Below, piece by piece: positions 19,635-28,744 of a stretch of DNA of 32,000 nt (position 1 is its first letter; each line of letters begins with the position of its first letter). The notes under the pieces are model-generated. The model was given only the letters and a program-made list of their open reading frames with translations. It had not been told where the DNA came from and did not search any database. A program made the position numbers and the translations under genes. Source of the stretch: Methanocaldococcus jannaschii DSM 2661 (GTDB lineage Archaea; AGJL01; Methanococci; Methanococcales; Methanocaldococcaceae); contig NC_000909.1 in assembly GCF_000091665.1 (NCBI RefSeq), positions 1,464,118 to 1,496,117 of the forward strand. The letters run 5' to 3'.

Positions 19635-22600
19635 ATGATACCGATGATATATAAAGAGATGTGTCCTAACTGTAACGGAGAGATAACGAGTGAAAGGTTA
19701 GCTATAGGAGTTTGTGAAAAATGTTTAAAAGAAGAAAATGTTTTTGAAAAACTAAAATTATGTGAAAAACTTAGAGAAGAGAAAACTTTGAAAAATTTAA
19801 AAGATTATTGTATTATTTGGAATGAATTTAAAGAATTTGAAGAATTTGTAAAAGATTTAGGATTTGAACTTTTAAGTATTCAAAAGATGTGGGCTAAAAG
19901 GGTTTTAAAGAACAAGAGTTTTTCAATCGTAGTACCAACTGGAGTTGGAAAGAGCTTTTTTGGAATACTTATGAGCCTATTCTTAGCTAAGAAAGGGAAA
20001 AGATGTTATATAATTCTACCAACAACACTACTGGTTAAGCAAACTTATGAAAAAATATCCTCCTTAACAGAAAAAAATAACTTAAATATAAGAGTAGTTG
20101 CATATCATTCAGAACTCTCAACAAAGGAAAAGAAAGAGGTAAAGGAGAGGATTGAAAACAACGATTATGATGTTTTGATAACAACATCCAACTATCTAAC
20201 AAAAAACATGCCAAAATGCAAATTTGACTTTGTATTTGTTGATGATGTCGATGCATTGTTAAAAGCATCTAAAAACATTGACAGAACTTTAAAGTTGTTA
20301 GGATTTGATGAAGAGATAATAAATGAGGCATATAAAATCATCTACCTAATAAAGATTGGAAAGATAGAGGATGCAATGAAAAAGAGAGAAATTTTAAAGA
20401 AAAAAATATCTAAAATAAAGCATGGCTGTTTAATAATTGCTTCTGCAACTGGAAAGAGTTATGGGGATAGAGTTAAGCTTTACAGAGAGCTTTTAGACTT
20501 TGAAATTGGATTTGGAATGAATAAGCTTAGGGATGTTGTTGATATCTACGACGAGGAATTTAGCAAAGAGAAGATTTTGGAGTATATAAAATTATTTGGT
20601 TCTGGCGGAATTGTGTTCGTTTCAATTGACTACGGAGTTGAGAAAGCCCAAGAGATTGAAAAATATCTATTAGAAAATAATATCAAGGCAAAATTAATCC
20701 ATTCAAAGGATAAGAAGGGATTTGATGATTTCAGAGAGGGAAAGATTGATGTTTTGATTGGAGTGGCATCATACTATGGTGTCTTGGTTAGAGGTTTAGA
20801 CATGCCGGAAAGGGTTAGATATGCTATCTTTTATGGCATTCCGAAGTTTAAAATTAGATTAAAGGAGTATATAAACAGCTTAAAGGAGAAGGGAGAGTTA
20901 AAAGAAGATATTAACATAGAAGGAAAGACTGAGGAGGAAATTAGGCAGATAATAACTGAGAAATTAAAGATAAAGAACTTCTCTCTAAGGAAGGAGGATG
21001 ATGAATATCTATTGTTAATTCCAGATGTAAAAACCTATATCCAAGCATCTGGAAGAACTTCAAGGATGACAGAGTTTGGTTTGACTAAAGGGGCAAGTAT
21101 TGTATTGGTGGATGAGAAAGAGATTTTTGAAGCCCTCAAAAAGTATATGCTCTTTATGTATGAGAGTGAATTTAAAAGAATAGATGAGGTAAACTTAGAG
21201 GAGCTAATTAAAAAGATTGATGAAGATAGGGAGAAAATAAAAGTTGGAAGAGCCAAAGGAAAAGTCCCAGATTTGCTAAAATCTGTCTTAATGGTTGTAG
21301 AAAGCCCTAATAAGGCAAGAACTATAGCAAACTTCTTTGGAAAGCCCTCTGTTAGAAAGATAAACAACAGAAATGTCTATGAGGTTTGTATTGGAGATTT
21401 AAACTTGATTATAACTGCGAGTGGAGGGCATGTATTTGATTTGGTTACAAAAGAGGGTTTCTATGGGGTTAAAATAGAAAATAACTTGTATATTCCAATA
21501 TATACATCAATTAAAAAAGTGAATGGAGAGCAATTTACCGACCAAAAGGATTTGGAGGAGTTGATAAAGCAGTTAATGGAGAAAGGAGAGAGAGTAAATG
21601 CAATGGATGCTAAGGAGAACATAGAGATTATTAGGGAGATAGCCGATGAGGTTGATGCAATATTCATAGCAACCGATATCGATACAGAGGGAGAGAAGAT
21701 AGGATATGACATAGCCATAAATGCCCTCCCATTCAATAGAAATATCTACAGAGTAGGATTTAATGAGATTACAAAGAGGGCAATATTAAAGGCAGTTGAA
21801 TCATTTAAAAAAGGAGAAGAACTTAGCTTAGATGAAAATAAAGTTAAAGGACAGGTAGTTAGAAGGATAGAAGATAGATGGATTGGATTTAGGTTGAGTC
21901 AAAAGCTTTGGGAGGTATTTAATAAAAACTACCTCTCAGCTGGTAGAGTTCAAACACCAGTGTTAGGATGGATTATTGAGAGATACAATGAACATAAAAT
22001 AAAAGTCCCTTATCTATCTCTAAAATTGGAAAATGACATATATATTGGAAAGATTTGGGAAGATGAGTTTGATAAGGATGAGGTTGAAGTTGAAGTTAAA
22101 GTTTATGAGAAGGAGATTCCTCCATTACCTCCATTCACAACAGACACATTGTTAGAGGAAGCTACAAAGAGATTTGGATTAAGCACCGATGAAATAATGT
22201 CTATAGCTCAAGAGCTTTTTGAGTTAGGGTTATGTTTAACTCCAGATACCTATGTTGTGTTAGGGGATGGAAGAATTGAAACAATTGAAGACATTGTTAA
22301 TGCTAAGGAAAGAAATGTTTTATCATTAGATTTAGATAATTTATCAATAAAAATAGATACAGCCATTAAATTCTGGAAATTGAGATATAATGGAAACCTA
22401 AGTAAAATTACTCTTTCGAACAATTATGAGCTAAAGGCAACTCCAGACCATTGCTTATTGGTTTTAAGAGACAATCAACTAAAATGGATTCCTGCAAAAG
22501 ATATTAAGGAAAATGATTACATTGCAATGCCATTTAACTATAAAGTTGAAAGAAAGCCAATCTCCCTATTAAATCTTCTGAAATATTTGGATATTACTGA

Positions 22601-24476
22601 TGTATTAATAGAGTTTGATGAAAACTCCACAATATTTGAAAAAATAGCTGAATATATTAGAAACAATATTAAAACAAGCACAAAATACAAATATCTAAGA
22701 AATAGAAGAGTCCCGTTAAAATATCTAATTGAGTGGAATTTTGATTTGGATGAGATTGAGAAAGAGGCAAAATACATATATAAAAGCGTTGCAGGAACTA
22801 AAAAAATTCCATTGTTTAAGTTAGATGAGAGGTTTTGGTATTTTGCAGGTTTGGTATTGGGAGATGGAAGCATTCAAGATAGCAAAATTAGAATTGCACA
22901 AACACCATTAAAGGATGTTAAAAGCATATTGGATGAGACATTCCCATTCTTACACAATTGGATTTCTGGTAACCAAGTGATTATTTCAAATCCAATTATT
23001 GCTGAAATTTTGGAAAAATTAGGAATGAGAAATGGAAAATTAAACGGAATTATCTTCTCTCTCCCAGAAAGTTATATAAATGCATTAATTGCTGGATATT
23101 TTGATACAGATGGATGCTTCTCCCTACTTTATGATAAAAAGGCAAAAAAACATAATTTAAGAATGGTTTTAACATCAAAAAGAAGAGATGTTTTAGAAAA
23201 GATAGGCATTTATCTAAACTCAATTGGTATTCTAAATACTTTACACAAAAGTAGAGAAGTTTATTCCTTAATAATAAGCAATAAGTCCTTAGAAACCTTT
23301 AAGGAAAAGATTGCGAAATATTTAAAGATTAGAAAAGAGGCATTTATAAATGGTTATAAAACATATAAGAAGGAGCATGAAGAAAGATTTGAATGTGATT
23401 TATTGCCAGTAAAAGAGGTATTTAAGAAATTAACATTTGAAAAGGGAAGAAAGGAAATTCTAAAAGATAGCAAAATACACATTGAAAATTGGTATAAAGA
23501 GAAAACAAATAACATCCCAAGAGAAAAATTAAAGACAGTGCTAAGATATGCAAATAATTCAGAACATAAAGAGTTTTTAGAAAAGATTGTTAATGGAGAT
23601 ATATCCTTTGTTAGAGTTAAAAAAGTAGAAAATATTCCTTATGATGGATATGTCTATGATTTAAGCATTAAACATAACCAAAACTTTATATCAAATGGAG
23701 TTATCTCACACAATTGCACATATCACAGAACCTCTTCAACAAGAGTTTCATTGGATGGGATGAGAGTAGCAAGAGAGTATCTAAAACTAAACAATTTAGA
23801 GGATTATTTAAAAAATAGAGAATACTTTATGGAAGGAGCTCATGAATGTATAAGACCAACAAAACCAATGAATACCGATGAGTTAATAGAGTTTTTAAAG
23901 GAAAATAACATAAAGCTAACTAAAAATCATATAAAAGTTTATGATTTGATATTTAGAAGATTTATAGCCTCTCAGATGAAAGAGGCTGTTGTTGAATATG
24001 AAGAGATTTATATAAAAGATTTAGATGAGAAGGTTGAGGGATATGTTGATATAAAGTTTGATGGTTGGAGTAGAATTTATAATCTAAAATTAAAAAAGCT
24101 TCCAAGGATTGAAAAGAGCAGTTTAAAAGTTTTAGACAAAAAACTTAGAAAGATTCCAAAAGTTCCATTGTATGATGAGGGAGAGGTTGTTAAGTTGATG
24201 AAAGAGAGGGGTATTGGAAGACCTTCAACCTATGCCCAAATTATTAAAAAGCTGTTAGATAGGGGATACGTAGTTAAAAGTAAAGATAAGAATAAGTTAA
24301 TCCCAACAAAGCTGGGAATTGAAGTCTATAATTATTTGATAAACAATTATCCTCACTTAATATCTGAAGAGAGAACAAGGGAGTTGGAGGAGATTATGGA
24401 TAAGATTGAAAATGGAGAAGTTGATTACATAGAAGTGCTAAAAGCTTTACATGAGGAGATTTTGAGTATAAGATAG
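19635..24476 (+). CDS. rgy: Reverse gyrase, intein-containing precursor (1613 aa; 1119-aa extein)
   Basis: N-terminal Cys4 zinc finger CPNCNGEI...GVCEKC; helicase Walker A TGVGKS; topoisomerase IA motifs VVESPNKARTIANFFG, IATDIDTEGEKIGYDI, CTYHRTSSTRVS after splicing. Confidence 0.97.
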   Translation: MIPMIYKEMCPNCNGEITSERLAIGVCEKCLKEENVFEKLKLCEKLREEKTLKNLKDYCIIWNEFKEFEEFVKDLGFELLSIQKMWAKRVLKNKSFSIVVPTGVGKSFFGILMSLFLAKKGKRCYIILPTTLLVKQTYEKISSLTEKNNLNIRVVAYHSELSTKEKKEVKERIENNDYDVLITTSNYLTKNMPKCKFDFVFVDDVDALLKASKNIDRTLKLLGFDEEIINEAYKIIYLIKIGKIEDAMKKREILKKKISKIKHGCLIIASATGKSYGDRVKLYRELLDFEIGFGMNKLRDVVDIYDEEFSKEKILEYIKLFGSGGIVFVSIDYGVEKAQEIEKYLLENNIKAKLIHSKDKKGFDDFREGKIDVLIGVASYYGVLVRGLDMPERVRYAIFYGIPKFKIRLKEYINSLKEKGELKEDINIEGKTEEEIRQIITEKLKIKNFSLRKEDDEYLLLIPDVKTYIQASGRTSRMTEFGLTKGASIVLVDEKEIFEALKKYMLFMYESEFKRIDEVNLEELIKKIDEDREKIKVGRAKGKVPDLLKSVLMVVESPNKARTIANFFGKPSVRKINNRNVYEVCIGDLNLIITASGGHVFDLVTKEGFYGVKIENNLYIPIYTSIKKVNGEQFTDQKDLEELIKQLMEKGERVNAMDAKENIEIIREIADEVDAIFIATDIDTEGEKIGYDIAINALPFNRNIYRVGFNEITKRAILKAVESFKKGEELSLDENKVKGQVVRRIEDRWIGFRLSQKLWEVFNKNYLSAGRVQTPVLGWIIERYNEHKIKVPYLSLKLENDIYIGKIWEDEFDKDEVEVEVKVYEKEIPPLPPFTTDTLLEEATKRFGLSTDEIMSIAQELFELGLCLTPDTYVVLGDGRIETIEDIVNAKERNVLSLDLDNLSIKIDTAIKFWKLRYNGNLSKITLSNNYELKATPDHCLLVLRDNQLKWIPAKDIKENDYIAMPFNYKVERKPISLLNLLKYLDITDVLIEFDENSTIFEKIAEYIRNNIKTSTKYKYLRNRRVPLKYLIEWNFDLDEIEKEAKYIYKSVAGTKKIPLFKLDERFWYFAGLVLGDGSIQDSKIRIAQTPLKDVKSILDETFPFLHNWISGNQVIISNPIIAEILEKLGMRNGKLNGIIFSLPESYINALIAGYFDTDGCFSLLYDKKAKKHNLRMVLTSKRRDVLEKIGIYLNSIGILNTLHKSREVYSLIISNKSLETFKEKIAKYLKIRKEAFINGYKTYKKEHEERFECDLLPVKEVFKKLTFEKGRKEILKDSKIHIENWYKEKTNNIPREKLKTVLRYANNSEHKEFLEKIVNGDISFVRVKKVENIPYDGYVYDLSIKHNQNFISNGVISHNCTYHRTSSTRVSLDGMRVAREYLKLNNLEDYLKNREYFMEGAHECIRPTKPMNTDELIEFLKENNIKLTKNHIKVYDLIFRRFIASQMKEAVVEYEEIYIKDLDEKVEGYVDIKFDGWSRIYNLKLKKLPRIEKSSLKVLDKKLRKIPKVPLYDEGEVVKLMKERGIGRPSTYAQIIKKLLDRGYVVKSKDKNKLIPTKLGIEVYNYLINNYPHLISEERTRELEEIMDKIENGEVDYIEVLKALHEEILSIR
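22233..23714 (+). other. Intein (494 aa) with LAGLIDADG homing endonuclease in reverse gyrase
   Basis: Starts CLTPDTYVVLGDG, ends NFISNGVISHN before Cys+1 (codon at 23715). Endonuclease motifs FAGLVLGDGSI and IAGYFDTDGCF. Confidence 0.97.
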
Positions 24477-24480
24477 TGAA

Positions 24481-25488
24481 TTATCCAACGTAGTTCAGTA
24501 GCATTTTCCCTTTTTCACTTATTCTTATATATTTTGACTTACCTATTTTTTCTGGTTTTTCTATCAATTCCAATTCTAAGAGTTTTTCAACAACATTTTT
24601 ATTAACCCAAACCAAATCACTCTGCCCAGTAGAACTAACTGAACTCCTACACTTTTTCCTCCAAGTAATAATCTTCTTCAAATCATCAACATCACTCCCA
24701 ACGACCTCCTTTAACTCTCTAACTAAATTCTTCATTTTTTTAACAGATGAGTTGCTAACAGATTCCTTTCTCTCCACTGCTTTAATTAACTCTTTTATAC
24801 TCTCATTATCATTTAAATCCACGTTTAAAAACTCTTCTTTTGTTAAAATACTAAGTTCTTTTATAGTTAATCCTCTATTTCCAGCCCTGCCAATGAACTT
24901 CAAAAATATTAGCAACTCTTCCCTTGGCAAAGTTACTTCAAATGGATAGATTAGCTTAACACCTCTAACGCCAAAACTTCTTGGCAAATAAGGGCAGTTA
25001 TATTTACTTTCATATTCTTTTTTTAATTCTTCCTTTTCTTTTTCAGAGAGGCCATCTAAAGATTTCTCTGGCATTACATAATATGGAATAATCCTTGAAT
25101 TTTCCTTATTTAATATCATTGCACAGGTTATGCCAGCAATACACCCAATTGTAGAGCCAGAAGATACGTTAATATAGAATTTAACATCTCCAAATTCTTT
25201 TCTCTCATGAGCTATAATTAACTTCATCTTTTTAACAATATCATCTAAATCAAACAAATCTGCCTCTACAATCTCATAATTAACCCGCTTTTCTTCAAAC
25301 TTTTTAATAATAACATTTTTAAATGCTTTTCCTCGTTTTGAATCATTATTTCCAGGTTTGCAAATTAAATAAACTTTTTCAGCCCTCCTCATTATTGGAA
25401 CTTCTGTAATTCTATCTACTTCATAACCTTGAACTGCTATATGAACTCCACCTCTTATTTTCTCTAAATCATTTGTCATTTTACTCAC
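24481..25488 (-). CDS. CARF-like Rossmann domain plus winged-HTH regulator (HFX_2341-like)
   Basis: YINVSSGSTIGCIAGITCAMILN resembles the CARF nucleotide-binding signature; C-terminal HTH VEKLLELELIEKPEKIGKSKYIRISEKGKMLL. Confidence 0.7.
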   Translation of the reverse strand: MSKMTNDLEKIRGGVHIAVQGYEVDRITEVPIMRRAEKVYLICKPGNNDSKRGKAFKNVIIKKFEEKRVNYEIVEADLFDLDDIVKKMKLIIAHERKEFGDVKFYINVSSGSTIGCIAGITCAMILNKENSRIIPYYVMPEKSLDGLSEKEKEELKKEYESKYNCPYLPRSFGVRGVKLIYPFEVTLPREELLIFLKFIGRAGNRGLTIKELSILTKEEFLNVDLNDNESIKELIKAVERKESVSNSSVKKMKNLVRELKEVVGSDVDDLKKIITWRKKCRSSVSSTGQSDLVWVNKNVVEKLLELELIEKPEKIGKSKYIRISEKGKMLLNYVG

Positions 25489-25501
25489 CTTTAGTAAGGA
25501 C

Positions 25502-25545
25502 AGTAACTACATTAAGGTTACTAAGATAGTAAGTATTATTTATAC
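25502..25545 (-). promoter_or_regulatory. Putative promoter/operator of the CARF-like regulator
   Basis: AGTAAC (25502-25507) and GTTACT (25517-25522) inverted repeat, downstream on the minus strand of a TATA-like GTATAAAT (complement of 25538-25545). Confidence 0.45.
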
Positions 25546-25596
25546 TCTCTCATATTAAATTATTCATGAGCATTACAAAACCAAAGTTGTGATACT

Positions 25597-25959
25597 ATGG
25601 AGTATGTGTTTGTTTATGGGAGTTTAAGAAAGGGCTTCTGGAATCATGAACCATATTTAAAAAACTCTAAATTCATTGGAAAAGGAAAAACTAAGGAAAA
25701 ATACGCTATGTATGTCAATATCATCCCCTATGTTGTTGAAAATGAAAAAATCTCTCATATCGTTGGGGAAGTTTATGAGGTTGATGAAAAAACGTTAAAA
25801 AGAATTGACTGCCTTGAAGGACATCCTGATTATTATAGAAGAAAGAAAGTTTCGATAATTTTAGATTCTGGAAAGGAGATAGAGGCTTGGCTTTATTTTT
25901 ATCCAGAATCTTGTGGAATTCTGGTAGAATCTGGAGATTATAAGGATTATAGGGGATAA
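25597..25959 (+). CDS. Gamma-glutamylcyclotransferase (GGCT/AIG2-like)
   Basis: FVYGSLRKGFWNHEPYL and VGEVYEVDEKTLKRIDCLEGHPDYY motifs. Confidence 0.9.
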   Translation: MEYVFVYGSLRKGFWNHEPYLKNSKFIGKGKTKEKYAMYVNIIPYVVENEKISHIVGEVYEVDEKTLKRIDCLEGHPDYYRRKKVSIILDSGKEIEAWLYFYPESCGILVESGDYKDYRG

Positions 25960-25961
25960 GC

Positions 25962-27029
25962 ATGTGTGAGTTGCTTGGAATTTGCTTTAATAAGAAAGTT
26001 AATGTTGAGTTATCATTAAATAGCTTTAAGCATAGGAGTGAAGATCATCCAAATGGTTGGGGGATTGCATTTTATCCAGATGGGTTTGTTAGGGTAATAA
26101 AAGAGCCGATTAAAATGAATGAAGCTTTATTAGCTGAATGTGTCAGATGGACTAAGATAAAATCAAATATATTCATTGCCCACATAAGAAAGGCAAGTGC
26201 TGGAAGTGAATCTTACGTAAATACCCATCCATTTGTTAGAAAATTAGAAGATAAAGAAATAGCATTTGCTCACAATGGAACTCTACTTGGATATGAGGAT
26301 TTAGAGCTTGATGGCTATTATCCAATTGGAGAGACGGATTCGGAGTATGTATTCTGCTATTTATTATCTCAAATTGAAAAGAGGGAGATTGAGTGGAATA
26401 AAGAGGGTTTTGATGAGATGTTGGATATACTGCTTGATATTAATTACTATGGAGCTTTTAATTGCTTATTCTCCGATGGAGAGTATTTATTTGCCTATAA
26501 AGATTATAGAGGGAGGAGAGAGTTGCATTTCCTAAAGAGAAAGCCACCTTATGGAAGAATTAGATTGGAGGATGAGGATTATATTATAAACTTAGGAGAT
26601 GTTAAAAGTGTGAGAGAAGAAGGGTTTATTATAGCTACAAATCCTCTAACTAATGAAGATTGGAAGTCTTTTGAAAATGGAGAACTTATGGTGTTTAAAA
26701 ATGGGGAAATGATTTACTCTAATAAGAGATTGACAGATTTGGAATTGAAAATCTTAAAAATCCTTAGAGAAAGTCCCCATAGAGTCAGTTTAAAGAAAAT
26801 AATTGAAAATCTTGAGTATTTATCCAGAAATATAAGACATGATGCTTCCGTTGTGAGAATTGGGATTAGAAGTTTGTTGGATAAGGGATATATCAAGCAA
26901 GATAGTAGAGACACTGTCAATTGGGATGATTTAGAGGCAACATTTTATACTAAACCAGAAAAGAGGGTAGAGATTGATAAAAGGCTTAAAGGATTTAGAT
27001 GGAGAAGAAATAGGATAATTATGAGTTAA
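25962..27029 (+). CDS. Class-II glutamine amidotransferase-like (YafJ-type) protein with C-terminal winged helix
   Basis: N-terminal MCELLGICF with catalytic-type Cys2; HRSEDHPNGWGIAF; AHIRKASAGS...NTHPFVR; AFAHNGTL. C-terminal ELKILKILRESPHRVSLKKIIENL...IRSLLDKGYI. Confidence 0.88.
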   Translation: MCELLGICFNKKVNVELSLNSFKHRSEDHPNGWGIAFYPDGFVRVIKEPIKMNEALLAECVRWTKIKSNIFIAHIRKASAGSESYVNTHPFVRKLEDKEIAFAHNGTLLGYEDLELDGYYPIGETDSEYVFCYLLSQIEKREIEWNKEGFDEMLDILLDINYYGAFNCLFSDGEYLFAYKDYRGRRELHFLKRKPPYGRIRLEDEDYIINLGDVKSVREEGFIIATNPLTNEDWKSFENGELMVFKNGEMIYSNKRLTDLELKILKILRESPHRVSLKKIIENLEYLSRNIRHDASVVRIGIRSLLDKGYIKQDSRDTVNWDDLEATFYTKPEKRVEIDKRLKGFRWRRNRIIMS

Positions 27030-27047
27030 TTTAATAATAGAATTGAG

Positions 27048-27347
27048 GTGATGGCGATGAATGAAATAGAACTAATGCAAATTAAAGATTTTGTAAAAGA
27101 CATGGATAAAAATCAACGAATTGTGTATTATGAGCAGAAGAAAAAGAGTGTCGGTATTGCAGTATTGCTTAGCTTCATAATTCCAGGAGCAGGGCAAATG
27201 TATCTTGGAAGGGTTGGAAAGGGAATAATATTGTTATTAACATGCTGGCTTATTATACCATGGATTTATAGCATTTATGATGCCTACAAGTCAGCAAAGG
27301 ATTACAATGCCCAACTTTATTCAATAATCTTCAGCAAAGATGATTAA
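27048..27347 (+). CDS. TM2-domain membrane protein
   Basis: KSVGIAVLLSFIIPGAGQMYLGRVGKGIILLLTCWLI...IYSIYDAY matches the TM2 domain. Confidence 0.87.
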   Translation: MMAMNEIELMQIKDFVKDMDKNQRIVYYEQKKKSVGIAVLLSFIIPGAGQMYLGRVGKGIILLLTCWLIIPWIYSIYDAYKSAKDYNAQLYSIIFSKDD

Positions 27348-27369
27348 TTTTTAATTTTTTGGAGGAGAT

Positions 27370-27618
27370 TTGATGATATTGGATTTAATTGAACTCATAA
27401 TAAGTGTAATGGTTATAATATTCCTGATAGCGTGTATTTTCTTTATTATAGGAGGGATAATGTTTTCAGTCTTGTGTATTGGGATGATAATTGATGGATT
27501 AATCTCCTCTAACTTTGGAGAGGTAGGAATGGGAGTATTTGCACTTGTGGTAACGGTATTTGCATTATTGATGGTTTTTACTATGTTGGGTATGCTGTTC
27601 GATTTCTTAAAGGACTGA
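27370..27618 (+). CDS. Small two-to-three-span membrane protein
   Basis: 82-aa hydrophobic ORF with GGAGG upstream, in a collinear run. Confidence 0.7.
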   Translation: MMILDLIELIISVMVIIFLIACIFFIIGGIMFSVLCIGMIIDGLISSNFGEVGMGVFALVVTVFALLMVFTMLGMLFDFLKD

Positions 27619-27633
27619 ATATTCGGTGGCAGT

Positions 27634-27906
27634 ATGGGATTTCTAAAAATAATGTTAAGAATTTTTTGCTGGTTTTTTGCGACGTTGGTGTTGTATTCTA
27701 TAGCTCCATTATGGCCGTTATATGGAATCATTGGAGTGCCAGTAATTCTACCACGCCTTATATTTAAAGACAAAAAGAAGTGTCTAACAACAACATCCAC
27801 ACTACTACTCCTTGTCATATTTCTTCCTGAATTGCTGATTCTTATTGGATTTCTGATATTTCCTATTGTTATGGGCTATTACATCTCTAAGGAATTGGTG
27901 AAGTAA
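27634..27906 (+). CDS. Small membrane protein of unknown function
   Basis: 90-aa hydrophobic ORF in a same-strand run of genes. Confidence 0.65.
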   Translation: MGFLKIMLRIFCWFFATLVLYSIAPLWPLYGIIGVPVILPRLIFKDKKKCLTTTSTLLLLVIFLPELLILIGFLIFPIVMGYYISKELVK

Positions 27907-27907
27907 A

Positions 27908-28744
27908 ATGGTGAAGCTTATGAATTTGTGGAGTGAGAGGATTAAAGATAGGGAAGTTGTTGAAGTTATTGGCTGTGAGAGAGTGCCATTGAATGAAACG
28001 TTGAATGAGATTGTAGTATTATTTGACGAATATACAAAAAGAGGGGATTATAAGGTAGAGATATTTGATGATGTCTTTAATTATTATCATAATAGAATTT
28101 TAACTAATGATGAGTTTATTGATGGTGTTGCAAGAATAAAATTGGGATTGGACACAAGAAATCATGCTAAAGAGTGGTTATTGGAAGTAGTAAATTGGTT
28201 TGCTGGTAATAGATATAATTTAAGAGATGAGGAGATAAAGTTAGGGAATAGATTGAGAGATTGGATGAATATTGGAGTTTCTTTAGTAATTCCTAAAGAG
28301 TTAAAGCCAAAGTTTGATGAGTTTTATAAAATGGCTAAAAAATTTGATTGGCAAGTAGAAATTAGGAATGAGATGATATTTAAGACAACTTTAAATGGTA
28401 AGGAAGTTTATACTTTTATATTGATGGGGGATGTGGTTAATGAGAGGTTAGATAACATCTTAGATGGTGGAGGAGTTTTTGATTTAGGGAAGAGGGTTGT
28501 TTGTGATGATGAGTGGTTTAGTGGGTGGTTAGTTAGGGATATTGATGTTAATAAAAATATAATGGAAGTGTTGGGCATGTTGAGTTTGAAAAGCCAGGAA
28601 ATTCTGGATATTTCAGTGGAGAGTGCTTTAATAAGAAGGAAAAATATAAAGACAAAAAGTATGGTAGTAAAATTGGTAAAAGTAAAAAATCTAATCCAAC
28701 TATTGAAAAGAAAAAAGAAAAGTGGGCTGAATTGCTTAGTATAA
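27908..28744 (+). CDS. Conserved-looking protein of unknown function
   Basis: 278-aa ORF one base after the previous stop, ATG start. Confidence 0.78.
   Translation: MVKLMNLWSERIKDREVVEVIGCERVPLNETLNEIVVLFDEYTKRGDYKVEIFDDVFNYYHNRILTNDEFIDGVARIKLGLDTRNHAKEWLLEVVNWFAGNRYNLRDEEIKLGNRLRDWMNIGVSLVIPKELKPKFDEFYKMAKKFDWQVEIRNEMIFKTTLNGKEVYTFILMGDVVNERLDNILDGGGVFDLGKRVVCDDEWFSGWLVRDIDVNKNIMEVLGMLSLKSQEILDISVESALIRRKNIKTKSMVVKLVKVKNLIQLLKRKKKSGLNCLV

Noticed and set aside
20035-21736. Minus-strand ORFs (77, 110, 91 aa) antisense to reverse gyrase, plus 22538-22873 antisense to the intein
   Set aside because: They lie within a clear long plus-strand coding frame and look like reverse translations with no SD or domain signal.
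24477-24600. Possible terminator hairpin between the convergent reverse gyrase and CARF-like genes
   Set aside because: The stop codons are only 4 nt apart and I could not identify a convincing stem with a T-run that does not overlap coding sequence.
27351-27818. 155-aa minus-strand ORF opposite the small membrane protein genes
   Set aside because: The plus-strand pair has SD sequences, tight spacing and hydrophobic content; the minus ORF has a low-complexity shadow-like sequence (KSNSIPNIVKTINNANTVTT). Some uncertainty remains.
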